Below the pieces are notes generated by a model. The model searched no databases. It worked only from the letters and a program-made list of their open reading frames with translations, and was not told where the DNA came from. 64,000 nucleotides of DNA from Saccostrea echinata (lineage: Eukaryota): NCBI RefSeq assembly GCF_033153115.1, contig NW_026889802.1, positions 248,001 to 312,000 on the forward strand, in the 5' to 3' direction. A program made the translations under genes and the position numbers. Positions within the stretch are counted from its first letter, which is position 1, and every line of letters starts with the position of its first letter. Of this stretch, positions 39,687 through 50,827 are shown piece after piece.

Positions 39687-40778
39687 TGTGACACGATTGC
39701 GGTGTTTTTCTTTGAAGTTTGCTGTTCTGTATTAGCAATACAGAACGGAAATACAGTGGGCGGAGCTACTAGCCCTGTATACTGTCTTGTATTAGCCAAC
39801 TGTTCTGTATCTAAAATACAGCACGGTCTAAAAATAAATCTGATTCAATTTATCAAAAGCACGTACAAATAGTAAATGCTGATTTTTTTTCCTATTATAA
39901 ATTTGAAGAAATATTTCCTTAGGAATGTAAAATGTCAAAATTTCTCAATCACTTTTAAAAAAATTATTCCACACAGAATCTTTCGATCCAAACGAAAAGG
40001 AAAATTCGCAATTATGGAAAACATTCTATGTTGGAGAAATTCCTGAAAACCTGTTTGCTTTCCCTGCTTTTTGTGTCCCCTTCAAAATAGTAAAGCCAAT
40101 GGGTTCGCGGATGCAGCATACATTACGTGAAATTCGCACTCCCCCTCCCCCCATTTTCCACTCTTCTCGTGCAAACTCAATCAAGTCCATTTTTCAGTTG
40201 TTTTTTTCTAATTTCATCTTAAATCCTTATCGCTGACGACTGCCGCACATCTCTTTCACTTCGTTTTTATGTCGCATTTCAATAAGAAAATAAAAATCGT
40301 AACATCAAAGTCCATCGAAAAACTGTCTGTATCGCCTGAATGTGTATCTATAGTTAACCGAGATTTTAAGACCCCTGAAATAAATAAGGATCAATCTCCA
40401 TCTACAACAAGGTTAAATCGTCCACCTTATCAATTAAGACTGACTTCGAGTCTGTTACGTCTACCCCCTTGTCAAAAATAATCTGACTAAATCTTACGTT
40501 GTCCGTGGAAATATATATACTGCGGATGTATACTCCCCGTCGAGGCCTCATCTACAGAAAGAACAAACGAACTCTGGCGGAAGTTTGGATGCTGCACAGG
40601 TATGAAGTGGGCGGTGCTTTTTTGTTTTTTTGATTGATCGTGTCACAAATCATTTAGAGAACTCGACAGGTTCTGTATCATAGATACAAATTTGGGGGTG
40701 GAGACTCGTGCTACGCACTCGTCCACCCCCAAATTTGTATCTATGATACAGTACCTGTCGAGTTCTCTAAATAATACT
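39687..40778. mobile_element. Non-autonomous hairpin-terminated element, family 4
   Basis: Left end TGTGACACGAT is inverted at 40637-40647, next to a ~120-bp palindrome (40652-40772). The element interrupts a minisatellite, which defines its boundaries. Confidence 0.8.
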
Positions 40779-41139
40779 TATATCATTTGTATTGTATTGT
40801 AATACAAGATTTCCTCCAGTGTACCTTGTTGTTCCTTTTCTAAACAAAAAGTAATTGCAATTCCCAAGAAATTTACCAATTTTCACTATCGCATACTAGC
40901 ATTTTGTAATGGAATTTTTCTTGACACTTATAATATGAATTTCATAAACATTATGAATTCTGTCGAAGATTATGCCATTATGGATTATGCCAGACGATGA
41001 ATCAAATATGAAGGAGAAGACCTTGATACTTTGTCAGAATGAATTAAAGGTATAAGATGGACGTTGAAATTTCGTGTTAAACGGTTGAGGGGCAATATGA
41101 AAACCATCTATCCTTCTGTCTTCAATAATTCAGAAGTGA

Positions 41140-42490
41140 AAAAAGAATAAGAAGAGATTACACGATCAATATGTACTGGTTCCAACTGACAAAGCAGGTA
41201 ACAACATAGGCTCACTATTACAATTGCATTTTAGAGGAACCTTTAATTCTACAAAGAGTAATCCAAATTTTATTCATAGTTCCCTTTCTAGGGAGGAATT
41301 TTTTAAAAATCATTTTTAGCTTAGATTTTTTTAATATTCCCAACAACCAAATTAAATTTGAATTACCATATCTATACTAGATTCCAAAACTTCCCAAAAA
41401 TCTCTACAAAGATACAAAGCGGGTCCAATTAAATGTTCTACCAAGCCTTTTTCTTCGATCCTCACAAAGAAGTTGAAACTTCAGGATTATTGTACCACGA
41501 CATATTCGAGAAGTGGTGTTAATCACATGTGGATCCTTAAAATCTTCAGGAACTTACAGAAATTTTGAAGTCACAATATTTTACCAAAAACAATAGCATC
41601 AGAACATACTTTTCAACACTATATACAACCCACGATGAATAATAGACCTTCAAATTTGTTAAAAGGCATTCTGATTCTACACGCAAGCAGTTTGAAGTAC
41701 TCCAAAATTAATATTAAAAAGATGCTTGAGTTTCTCATTCTGTATTCTTATTCAAAAACCTCTAAATGAAAAGAAGTCTCTCGCTGTAGCCCTCAATTCG
41801 ACATTAAATATATCTACGACGTTTTATCAATTAACAATATTCATCCAGTTTCATTCCTACCCTCATTCGATATATCCAACTGAAATCCAAATAAAGACAG
41901 ATCAAAGTCTAAAACATTTGTTTCATATTCGGATATTTTACTGGAGAAAGACATTGATGCCAACTGACAACTAAATTTTATGATAAACATGATGACTTCA
42001 ATTCTATTGTCAACTTACCTTATTTATGTAGCATTCTACAACTATCACCTGCATATGGAGTATATGTCTCCCAGTTGATTCAATATGCAGGAGCATTTTC
42101 TTCATGATTTCTTAGACGAGACAGGCTATTGTCAAATAAGTTGACGATACAAGGATATCAACAAAAGTCAACATTCTACGGCCGATACAATGACCTTGTT
42201 AGTAAATACAATCTATCGTTAAGTCGAATATTGACTGACTCTTTCATGCAAATTGTAAGGTCATTATTTTCTCACTGTATTGTCTACGGATTTTTCCATT
42301 TACCTGGTCAATCCATGACGAGAATCGAGCACATGGCGGGCGTGGCCGATCGACAGGGGATACTTACTCCTCCAAGGCACCTGATTTCGCCTCAGTTTTT
42401 AGAGGTCCGTATTGTCTGTGCTCATAATTTATATTTTTTTTAAATGGATTTTTGAGACTGATCACTGTTCGTTATCTCCACATTTATAAC
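41140..42490 (+). mobile_element. Degraded Penelope-like retroelement (RT fragment + 3' region)
   Basis: Broken RT motifs (FSTLYT, LAVA.NST, FYDK.DDF, SPAYGVYVSQL, FYGRYNDLV); colinear with the copy at 51283-52260. Confidence 0.8.
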
Positions 42491-43289
42491 ATGAATTGGA
42501 TTATTTATTTTGCATGTCTTCCATTTTGCAATAGGGATTGTTTCTCAGACTTCAAATTCTTGATTCGAAAGATATCAATATGTTACTGTTGGTTTATAAA
42601 TGATGCACGGCTGACGACGGAGGCGCTGCATGTTCTTTATAATTTTCCGTTTTCGAGATTTAATGACACGTGATTTATCTTAATGTGAAAACTGAAGTAA
42701 TTAATCTTCCTCTGTAGGCATAATTGTGACAGTGAGGATTGTAATTCTTAGATTTTGTTCAATAATCACATTTTTGGTTCTACATAACTAGAGTAATAAA
42801 CGATTTGCAGGCATTGTGATTGCGTAATGGTGTTAAAAACGACAAGAAACGAACGGTTTCTGAAATTTACAATTGCCTGATATTTCTTTTCGATAGGTAA
42901 CTTTTTTCTTGGTGATTTTAACGATAGGTTTAAAGATAATAACAAATTATATTTTTTACATTCATAAATTATTCTTATTAAAGATTTTAAATGTCTACAT
43001 AACTATTCTTGGCATGGTTTATTAGATGTTTATATAATGCATTTATTAATGATAAATATCAAACTCTAGAACATCTTATTTGCAAATATAACATTTTTTA
43101 CATTTTCCCTGGAAAATATAGAAAAAAAAAATCATATAAAATAATTAAGAGTTAATATCAATCTTTCTATGCTAAAACCGTATTTCGTTATAAGGAAAAA
43201 GCGACATCGTATTCTTGCGTAATTTTCTCCATATATATATTATTCATTTAAAAAGAAGTCATCATGTATTATAAGACAGTATTTTATAA

Positions 43290-44108
43290 ACCTATGGTAA
43301 TAAAGAAAATAAAGAGCAAAATAATGGCAAACTAAGAACTTATTCCACTTTCAAAAACAACTTTGGAAGAGAGCACTATCTAAACATTATCAATAACTAT
43401 GATCAGAGGAAAAATGTAACTAAACTACGCATTTCTGCACATCAATTAAATATTGAAAGGGGAAGATATGCAGGACTTCCCCCCGAATCTAGAAAGTGTT
43501 CTCAATGTAATATGCAGGAGGTTGAAGATGAACAGCATTTTTTGCTTATATGTCCAAAATATAAGAATGAAAGGTTGCAATTAATGGAAACAATTTCAAA
43601 AATCAACCCAAATTTCTCTTCTTTGACATCTGCTGAAAAACTTGTATGGATTTTGAATAATGAAAATAAAGAAATTTTATGCTTACTTGGAAAATTTATG
43701 TCTGAAAATGGTAAAAGAACCAATGTATAAATACATCTGTCATCATGTACATGCATGCCTTTTTCTTCAATTTTACTTTATTGTATTTTTTTCTGAAATA
43801 TATTACAATTTTAAAGGGGAAAAAAAACCATACAAATGTATAAATACATGTATGAACAAGTTGTAGCATAACATATTTGTATTGTCTTGGGATCAATGAC
43901 AATAATTTGGACACTTGACACTGGTATTGTCTATGATTATTAACGCTGAATACAATATTATATAACTGTTTATGTAACTGTTTATATACATACATGTATT
44001 TATATATATATAAACAATGTATATTGTGAATTATGTTTAAATTGTGCATTTATATATGTGGAAATGCCTCTCGGGGCCCTTGATTGGTAAATAAAATATC
44101 TTGTATCT

Positions 44109-44110
<2 letters not shown>
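43290..44110 (+). mobile_element. CR1/L2-group LINE 3' fragment
   Basis: KLRTY..FK...E.YL...R...TKLRISAHQLNIERGRY....RKC..C...VEDEQHFLLICPKY, followed by a 3' UTR, AATAAA and a tatcttg tandem tail. Confidence 0.85.
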
Positions 44111-44161
<51 letters not shown>

Positions 44162-45109
44162 AGATATATTATATGTAACGTAACATAATGTTTGAATAGA
44201 TTGGATTTGTTTAGCGAACAAAAAGATCCGGATTTGAAAAAAACATAAACATATACGTACTTTGTTATCATGAAGTTTTTGTGGACTATGTAATATGCAG
44301 GTCAACTTAGGACAAATATACGAAAGCCCAGAAGGCTCATTCGAGATTCGAGTTTCGAAATACGAGATTCGAAATTCGAGTTTCAAGATCCAATATAACC
44401 AATCTAAAGGCGGATTCAATATTTGATTACTCCCCTTTATTAAGTTTTTACTATCAAGAAATCACTGAATATATTGATAAGAAATGGTAATTTGCTTATA
44501 ATGCAAGAAAAAATTATTATTGATATGAAATACTAAGGATCGTCTTTACACTGCACAGAAATTTAATTAAGGATACATTTCATTATAGTTATGGGTGAAC
44601 TTGTGCAGTTAGACTGATCTACTATTTGATATGGAATAATATAAATTCCAGTCTGTATTATATATATAATTTTTGATTAATTCAAGTATTCAAAGCCTAA
44701 TTGAGAACTTAATTTTTATGTATTTCTCCTACTGGGAAAGAGTGGTATTTATTCCCTTCGGCTAATGTGTACGCTAATGTGAAGTCACAGATTTCACCTA
44801 AAGCGCATCATTGCCGAATTGCGGATAGACAAGGAGGGAGTCGCCCCCTCTCAATAGAATGGGGGGGGGGGGTCGGAGGACCACTTTCTGCGATCTTGGA
44901 GACATCTATCATTGTCATTTTTCCAGTGAATATAATTATAAATCATTTAAACATATTTTTATGAAACAGAAATTAAAATCTTCATGACCACTTTTAATAA
45001 AATTGAGAAATTTAAAAATCCTTACACAGTGCTTGGAAATTATGGAAACTTCTTTACTGAATAATCTAAATATAATTTTTAAAATGTTTTATGTTTGACT
45101 CCCTACTAA

Positions 45110-45417
45110 GGCCACATCAATAAATTTTTTTTTGTTCGTCGGACCCGGGCGCTCGTATTTAAGCAAAACTATACAAATAATATTAATTTCAATTCCCTGC
45201 ACCATGGAAATTCTGTGCTATTTTCTATTCCATTTCCGCTCTATTTTTCGTATTTAAAATCTGCTTACCCTGCAAATCAGAAAAAATACAAATTTTTTCA
45301 CGCTCCGACTAAAAATTTTGCCTACAAAAAAGTAATAATATTATTATTTAACCGCTTGCCCGCTCGTACTTTTTTTTATCAAATGTCCGACGAACAAGAA
45401 ATTAAATTGGTGTGGCC
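45110..45417. mobile_element. PIF/Harbinger-type MITE (nested)
   Basis: TIRs GGCCACA.CAAT...TTGTTCGTCGGAC; TAA TSD on both sides. Confidence 0.85.
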
Positions 45418-45865
45418 TAATTCAAACATATTTCCTAATTTCTATTCCCTGTCCTAATCGTAGACTCCTTGTCATTTTTAATAGTCTTATATCGATTTCA
45501 AGGTAACATTTCAATTTTAGATTTAACCAGCTATAAAAATCAAAAGTTTTATATACTGTAAAAATTGGATAGGCATAAAAGTGTGGATTGCTAAAAATAC
45601 TTTTATTGCATTTGATGAAAAAATATTCTAGTAACTGGTAAATAAATAAGATTTATGATCAACTTTCCCCCATTTTTCAACCAAATACATGTATAAATAA
45701 ATATTTTTTTACATCAAGAAAATGATGTGTAGTCTACAGCCTTTTTGCCTATATGGAATATACACCATTGGGAAAGCGAACGCAATTTTTCTTTATCACT
45801 ACTACGATGTCTTTCAAGATTTCCTGTGTACACTAAAAAGGCATACATGAACAAAGTAATTTTAA

Positions 45866-47602
45866 TAGCGATTCTCTGTAACCACTTAAACTTCTTTGCC
45901 ACGCATGGTCACCGATTTTGATGAAACTTTGCATATTATTACAACTTGACACCAGAAACATATATCAAATAAAATTTCGTTGCTATGTGTCTTGGTTGCC
46001 ATGGTAACAGCCAGAAAAGTTGAAAAAAATGAGATTTTCAGCTACTTTGAATCTTTATTAAGCCTTAATAAAGACTAAGAAAAACAAACAATCCATTCTC
46101 ACAAAAACATGACACCTTGTTGCCACTTATGCTATAAAGAAACTATTTAGAATTTATCTCTTAGTAAGTGGTAACCATGGATACATTTGGAATACATTTT
46201 AGATGCTGAAAGATGCTGAAAAACGCTCAATATTCGCTTATTATAGATGTTACATGATCAAACTCAATCAACAACCAAAGAAAAACAATAAAACTATTTG
46301 ACCTTAAGTAATTAGGTGTTGGCAATATTATACTAAAAATAACTTTCATGGTTGCCATGGTAACACAGTGTAACCATGCAAAATTTGTTGCTAAGATTGG
46401 GTTAATGCTACTATCTTGAGGAAAAAACAATAAAATTCATGACTTGCACATATACATCCTTAGGACCTTGCAACACCAACAAGATAAGAAAAACTGGGAT
46501 TAACTGTTACTTTACAGTGTAACCATGGAAACAACGTACCAGTTGTTTAAAGTGATATTTTTTGCTGTTTTAGGATTTTACTTACCTTTTAATCAAGAAA
46601 CATTTATTTTACTCACCTTGAATAGTACTTATCTGGTAGAACTAATGTTGAATATCATATATTGATTAAATTTGTTGAAAAATACAGAACTGTTGCTATG
46701 GTTGCCAAGAAGGGAAAATGTTCGATTTTGTTAATTTTATATCAATATTAAATCCTAGGTGCAAGCTTTTTGCATCCAGTTAGAGATTGGGTGGTAGTCA
46801 AAATTGAAAGTCAGGTTAGTTGTTCATATATATCAATCATAAAAGTTTTGGGAATCTACATACAAGGGTACGTATCCAAGGAAACAGAATATTTTTCAGG
46901 TTTTTATGCATATTTTTTCGGTTATTTTCCATAGCAACGCTTTATTTAAAGAATTGAATTTGAATTTTTTGAAATGTGAAAATTAGGGTCACACCAACGC
47001 CTTTAAAAAATGATCATCAGTTACATAGAGATATGCTTTTTTAAAAGATAGGATAAGATTAAAACACTAAGAGAGTAAATTTAAAATTCTTTTGTGGTAT
47101 TAAAACCATGGCAACCATTGCCAACCTATAGGAAATATCATATTTCGTCCTAGGTATATGTTATTTGGATCTCTTTTTTATTATTTGCTTGCATTTCAAC
47201 CTATAATTGATTTTATTCTTAAGTGTATGACTATATAAAATTAAATGAACAAAATCATTACTTTTGAATACTTTGTTTCCATAGTAACGTATTTAATAGT
47301 TGATCTACCAAACTTGTTTATCATGCATTTAAGACACCAGGCCTTCAACTTTCAGAAACGGTCATTACCACTTGTTTGCTTTGCTGCAAACGTTAACTGT
47401 GGGACTCTGAACGTGTTGAAAAATGCCATTTTTCAAAATTTAGGACATGTTGCTATGGTAAACATGATATGTAGCAACCAATCTTTGCCTGATTTGAGTT
47501 TACGGTATCAAAGACTTTTATCATGGAGAGTTTGGTGAAATTCTGAGACTATGCGTGCCACAGCTCCTATATAAATGTTCAAGTCATTACAGAGAATGGC
47601 TC
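45866..47602. mobile_element. TTAA-targeting non-autonomous DNA transposon (Sola3/Kolobok-like, nested)
   Basis: TIRs (T/G)AGC.ATTCTCTGTAA..ACTT.AAC, flanked by TTAA at 45862-45865 and 47603-47606; interior rich in CCATGGNAAC. Confidence 0.8.
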
Positions 47603-47621
47603 TTAATACGTCCTCCTGGTA

Positions 47622-48077
47622 GACAGACATCTCGGCCCAACGACACCTCCGCCCGTCATGCTTGACATCTCGGCCCTAACATGCCGGCCCAATATTGTTG
47701 ACACGTCGGCCCATATAAAAGACACCTCGGCCCAAGCAAAATTTTATTATGGAAAAAAGTTAACAGCGTTTGAATTGGTTTTATTGGTATAATTATTTTT
47801 TCTGACGATTAAACGATTGTTTTAAATTTAAAAAAATATGGGCCTTAATCTTGTTTTTTTTTAAAAAAAAAGAAACATTTTATTGTTTATATAGATCGAT
47901 CTATATGACTTCATTGTATATTTGTTTCTTTTTTTTCTGTTCTTTTCTTCTTCCGAGGTGTCTTATGAATGGGCCGACCTGTCTTCAATCTTGGGCCGAC
48001 CCGTTTGAGCCGAGGTGTCATTGGGCCGAAATGTCAATGGGCCGAGGCGTCGTTGGGCCGAGGTGTCTGACATTCGT
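47622..48077. mobile_element. Foldback-type MITE with repeated GACACCTCGGCCC subterminal motifs (nested)
   Basis: Multiple CTCGGCCC on the left arm mirrored by GGGCCGAG on the right arm. Confidence 0.75.
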
Positions 48078-48339
48078 ACTCCTTTAGGCTATGATTTTTT
48101 CAAAGTCCTAAAGGTGTATAGAGGGTCCATTGTTTTAATTTGTTAAAATAATTAATTTTTTATTATTACATCATGTATTGAAACTTGTGTATTGATTGGT
48201 TATGTGTCTTGCGAGACCCGAGCGGTTTCCCAATAAATTATTATCGAATATATAATTATTTTGCCCATGCATCGCAAGATTGACACTGAATTTTGATAAC
48301 CGAACATTTGTCTACCGCTGTAATAAAATAAACAACATA

Positions 48340-48568
48340 GGCATAGGACCCTGGGCATGTGTCTCCCCCCCCCCCCCCTCCACATTCCCCTTATATTTTT
48401 TACCGATATAATTTACTATAGAAAACATAGCAACTTTATGCTTGTGTCCTGTCAAAAATAACGTCTTATAACCGTGATAACCCCCTGTTGTTTTTTATGA
48501 GGGGGGGGGGGGGGGAAGGGGACTTTACAGTGATTTTTTTTTTATTTTATTATTTCCTACGGGCCTGA
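48340..48568. mobile_element. Short poly-C/poly-G MITE ending TTCCTACGGGCCTG (nested)
   Basis: Terminus shared with the copies ending at 26324 and 30962. Confidence 0.6.
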
Positions 48569-48714
48569 ACAAAGAGAAATCATTATCTTTATTAAGCATG
48601 TATATTTCAGCCATCCGTACAAACTTGGTCACTGGTCACTTTCTAACACTTTGTCACAAACTATATATCCACTTTAAAACTCGTATTGGTCACTGGTCAC
48701 TTTCTAATACCTTG

Positions 48715-48987
48715 ACCTGACCTAAGTCGATAAAAAATGGGTACCAACTGTTCCTTCGCCATGTGCTCGGCACTTTGAAGTAAAAGTTGCGGGTCTTTAG
48801 GATGAGACCTTAAAAACCGAGGTCCCGTGTCACGGCAGGCGTTGACACGATAAAGATCCCTCACTGCTCAATAGCTCTGAGCGCCGTGTAAAGGTCAAAA
48901 TTTGAAGCCATTCACCGGTATAAGGTGACGTCTCTATATGAGGGGAAAATTCTCGAATGGGACGTAAATCAACATACAATCAATCTA
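48715..48987 (+). mobile_element. 5'-truncated SINE copy with TSD (nested)
   Basis: Body matches the other two SINEs; flanked by 12-bp direct repeat TCTAATACCTTG (48703-48714 / 48988-48999). Confidence 0.85.
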
Positions 48988-50032
48988 TCTAATACCTTGT
49001 CACAAACTATATCCACTCTGAAACCCGTATCATTACTAATTATTATTAATCGCTAGTCACTTGTTTTATTGCACACTTAACTTTGAAACCCGTATTAGTC
49101 ACTGGTCACTTTCTAATACCTTGTTACAAACTATATCCTCTCTGAAACCCGTATTACTATTTATCATTAATCGCTAGTCACTTATTTAATTGCACACTAA
49201 TAATTCTCATCGAGTACAATACATACCCTCCCCCTACCTTTGCTCTTTGAATCCGATTAACAATATTTATTATTATGACATGAAACCTGTAAACAAAGTA
49301 GATAGTACGATATAGATATTCTTGATATAAATCTTTTATAATATTTAAGAAGTTATAATATAAATTTAGGCATATTTTGCAAACCAGAAACCCAATATTT
49401 TTTCTAATTTCGTTCTGATATATATAACACTCTTTCTTGCATTGTAATATAATCAAATGACCTCTTCGGTTTGAATATATTCAACGATTTCTTGAAGGTC
49501 AAAACTTAGCAAAGGGGTGTAATTGAATCTTAAACCGCCTTTGATTGGTTAGTTTGGATCTTGAATTTCGAAACTCGAATTTCGAACCTCGTATTTCGAA
49601 ACTCGAATCTCGAATGAGCCTTCTGGGCTTTCGTACAAATAGTGGTATTAAATCATGTTTGTGATATGACCCTTGACTTTATGGATATCAAGGTACGAAT
49701 GCTGTGTCATAGAAGTCTATTTGTAAGGTATAGTGGACCTTTGCTCCATGTTTTTGTTACTAGTAACCAAAAATGCATATTTTTAAGCATATTTTGAGGA
49801 TAATTGAGGCTGTCCTCTAGAAAATCTCCTTGGCTATATGAACCCGTTTATTTAAATATCTGGTTTATTTACGTTGCTGCCGTCGAAAGGATACAAGACT
49901 GATTGTTTTTGTTAGATCCTACAATGACTAATAAAACTCTAGAGAACATTATTTCCTGTATGCTTATTTCTCTACTAGTAAAGCAATTGATATACTAATA
50001 ATCTGTTTATGAACTTTCTGTATATTACAGTA

Positions 50033-50064
<32 letters not shown>

Positions 50065-50827
50065 GGACATCGATCGAGAAGATTACATCGTTGTAAATAT
50101 TGAGTTTATTTCATTTTCAATATAGGGTACCAGCCAAATCTTCCTGGAAAAATGTTCTCAAACAACGGATAATCATGTACTGATGAGCAGAAACCACTGT
50201 TGCTTATACTTACATGGGGTGGGGGTTACATGTAGTGTTCAATTAATTCTTCTTGATCTAATAAAACGTAAAGAATTCTTGAATTGATTTCAAATTGAGA
50301 TTAAATTTACTTGATTTTTAGTTTATCTCCATCACCCAAACGGAAATTGTCCTCGCTACAGACAAAATTCAGTTTATGGAGCAGAGGGCCATTCTTCCTG
50401 AAATGTTACTTTCTCATCAAGCTTAGATTGTAAAATTGTCAGTTTGATCTGCAATTTTGTCTTATATATCTTTGTCTATGACTGTGGCAAATTATAGCAA
50501 AAAGTAGCCTATTTTAACGTAATAATAATAAAAACTTACAAATTGAATATCACTGTCAACATTATATTGATTTATATCACTAAATACAGTGAACACAACA
50601 TGTTAAAAAAAACTCAGCTATAAAAATGAATAATAATGCCTTTTAAAATAAATAAATAGATAAAATAAGGATAGCAATGTGTTTAATTTAGCCTATTAAC
50701 AATGGACACAACAAATTTACGATGCGTATAACAATCCAAATGTTCTTAAGGATCCTAGGACTGTGGCAAGGACCGGGGGCTTAGAACGTATGGTATTTCT
50801 CACACTCACTTTAAAGTTAGTCACGTG

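Larger units (their letters stand above)
44319..49635. mobile_element. 5.3-kb non-autonomous DNA transposon, IS3EU-like, with multiple nested insertions
   Basis: ~120-bp TIRs starting TACGAAAGCCCAGAAGGCTCATTCGAG; exact 6-bp TSD CAAATA (44313-44318 / 49636-49641); TAY...RTA termini. Confidence 0.85.

Noticed and set aside
50178-50220. Hammerhead-like CTGATGAG...GAAAC
   Set aside because: No stem II and no convincing stem I/III pairing or cleavage triplet.
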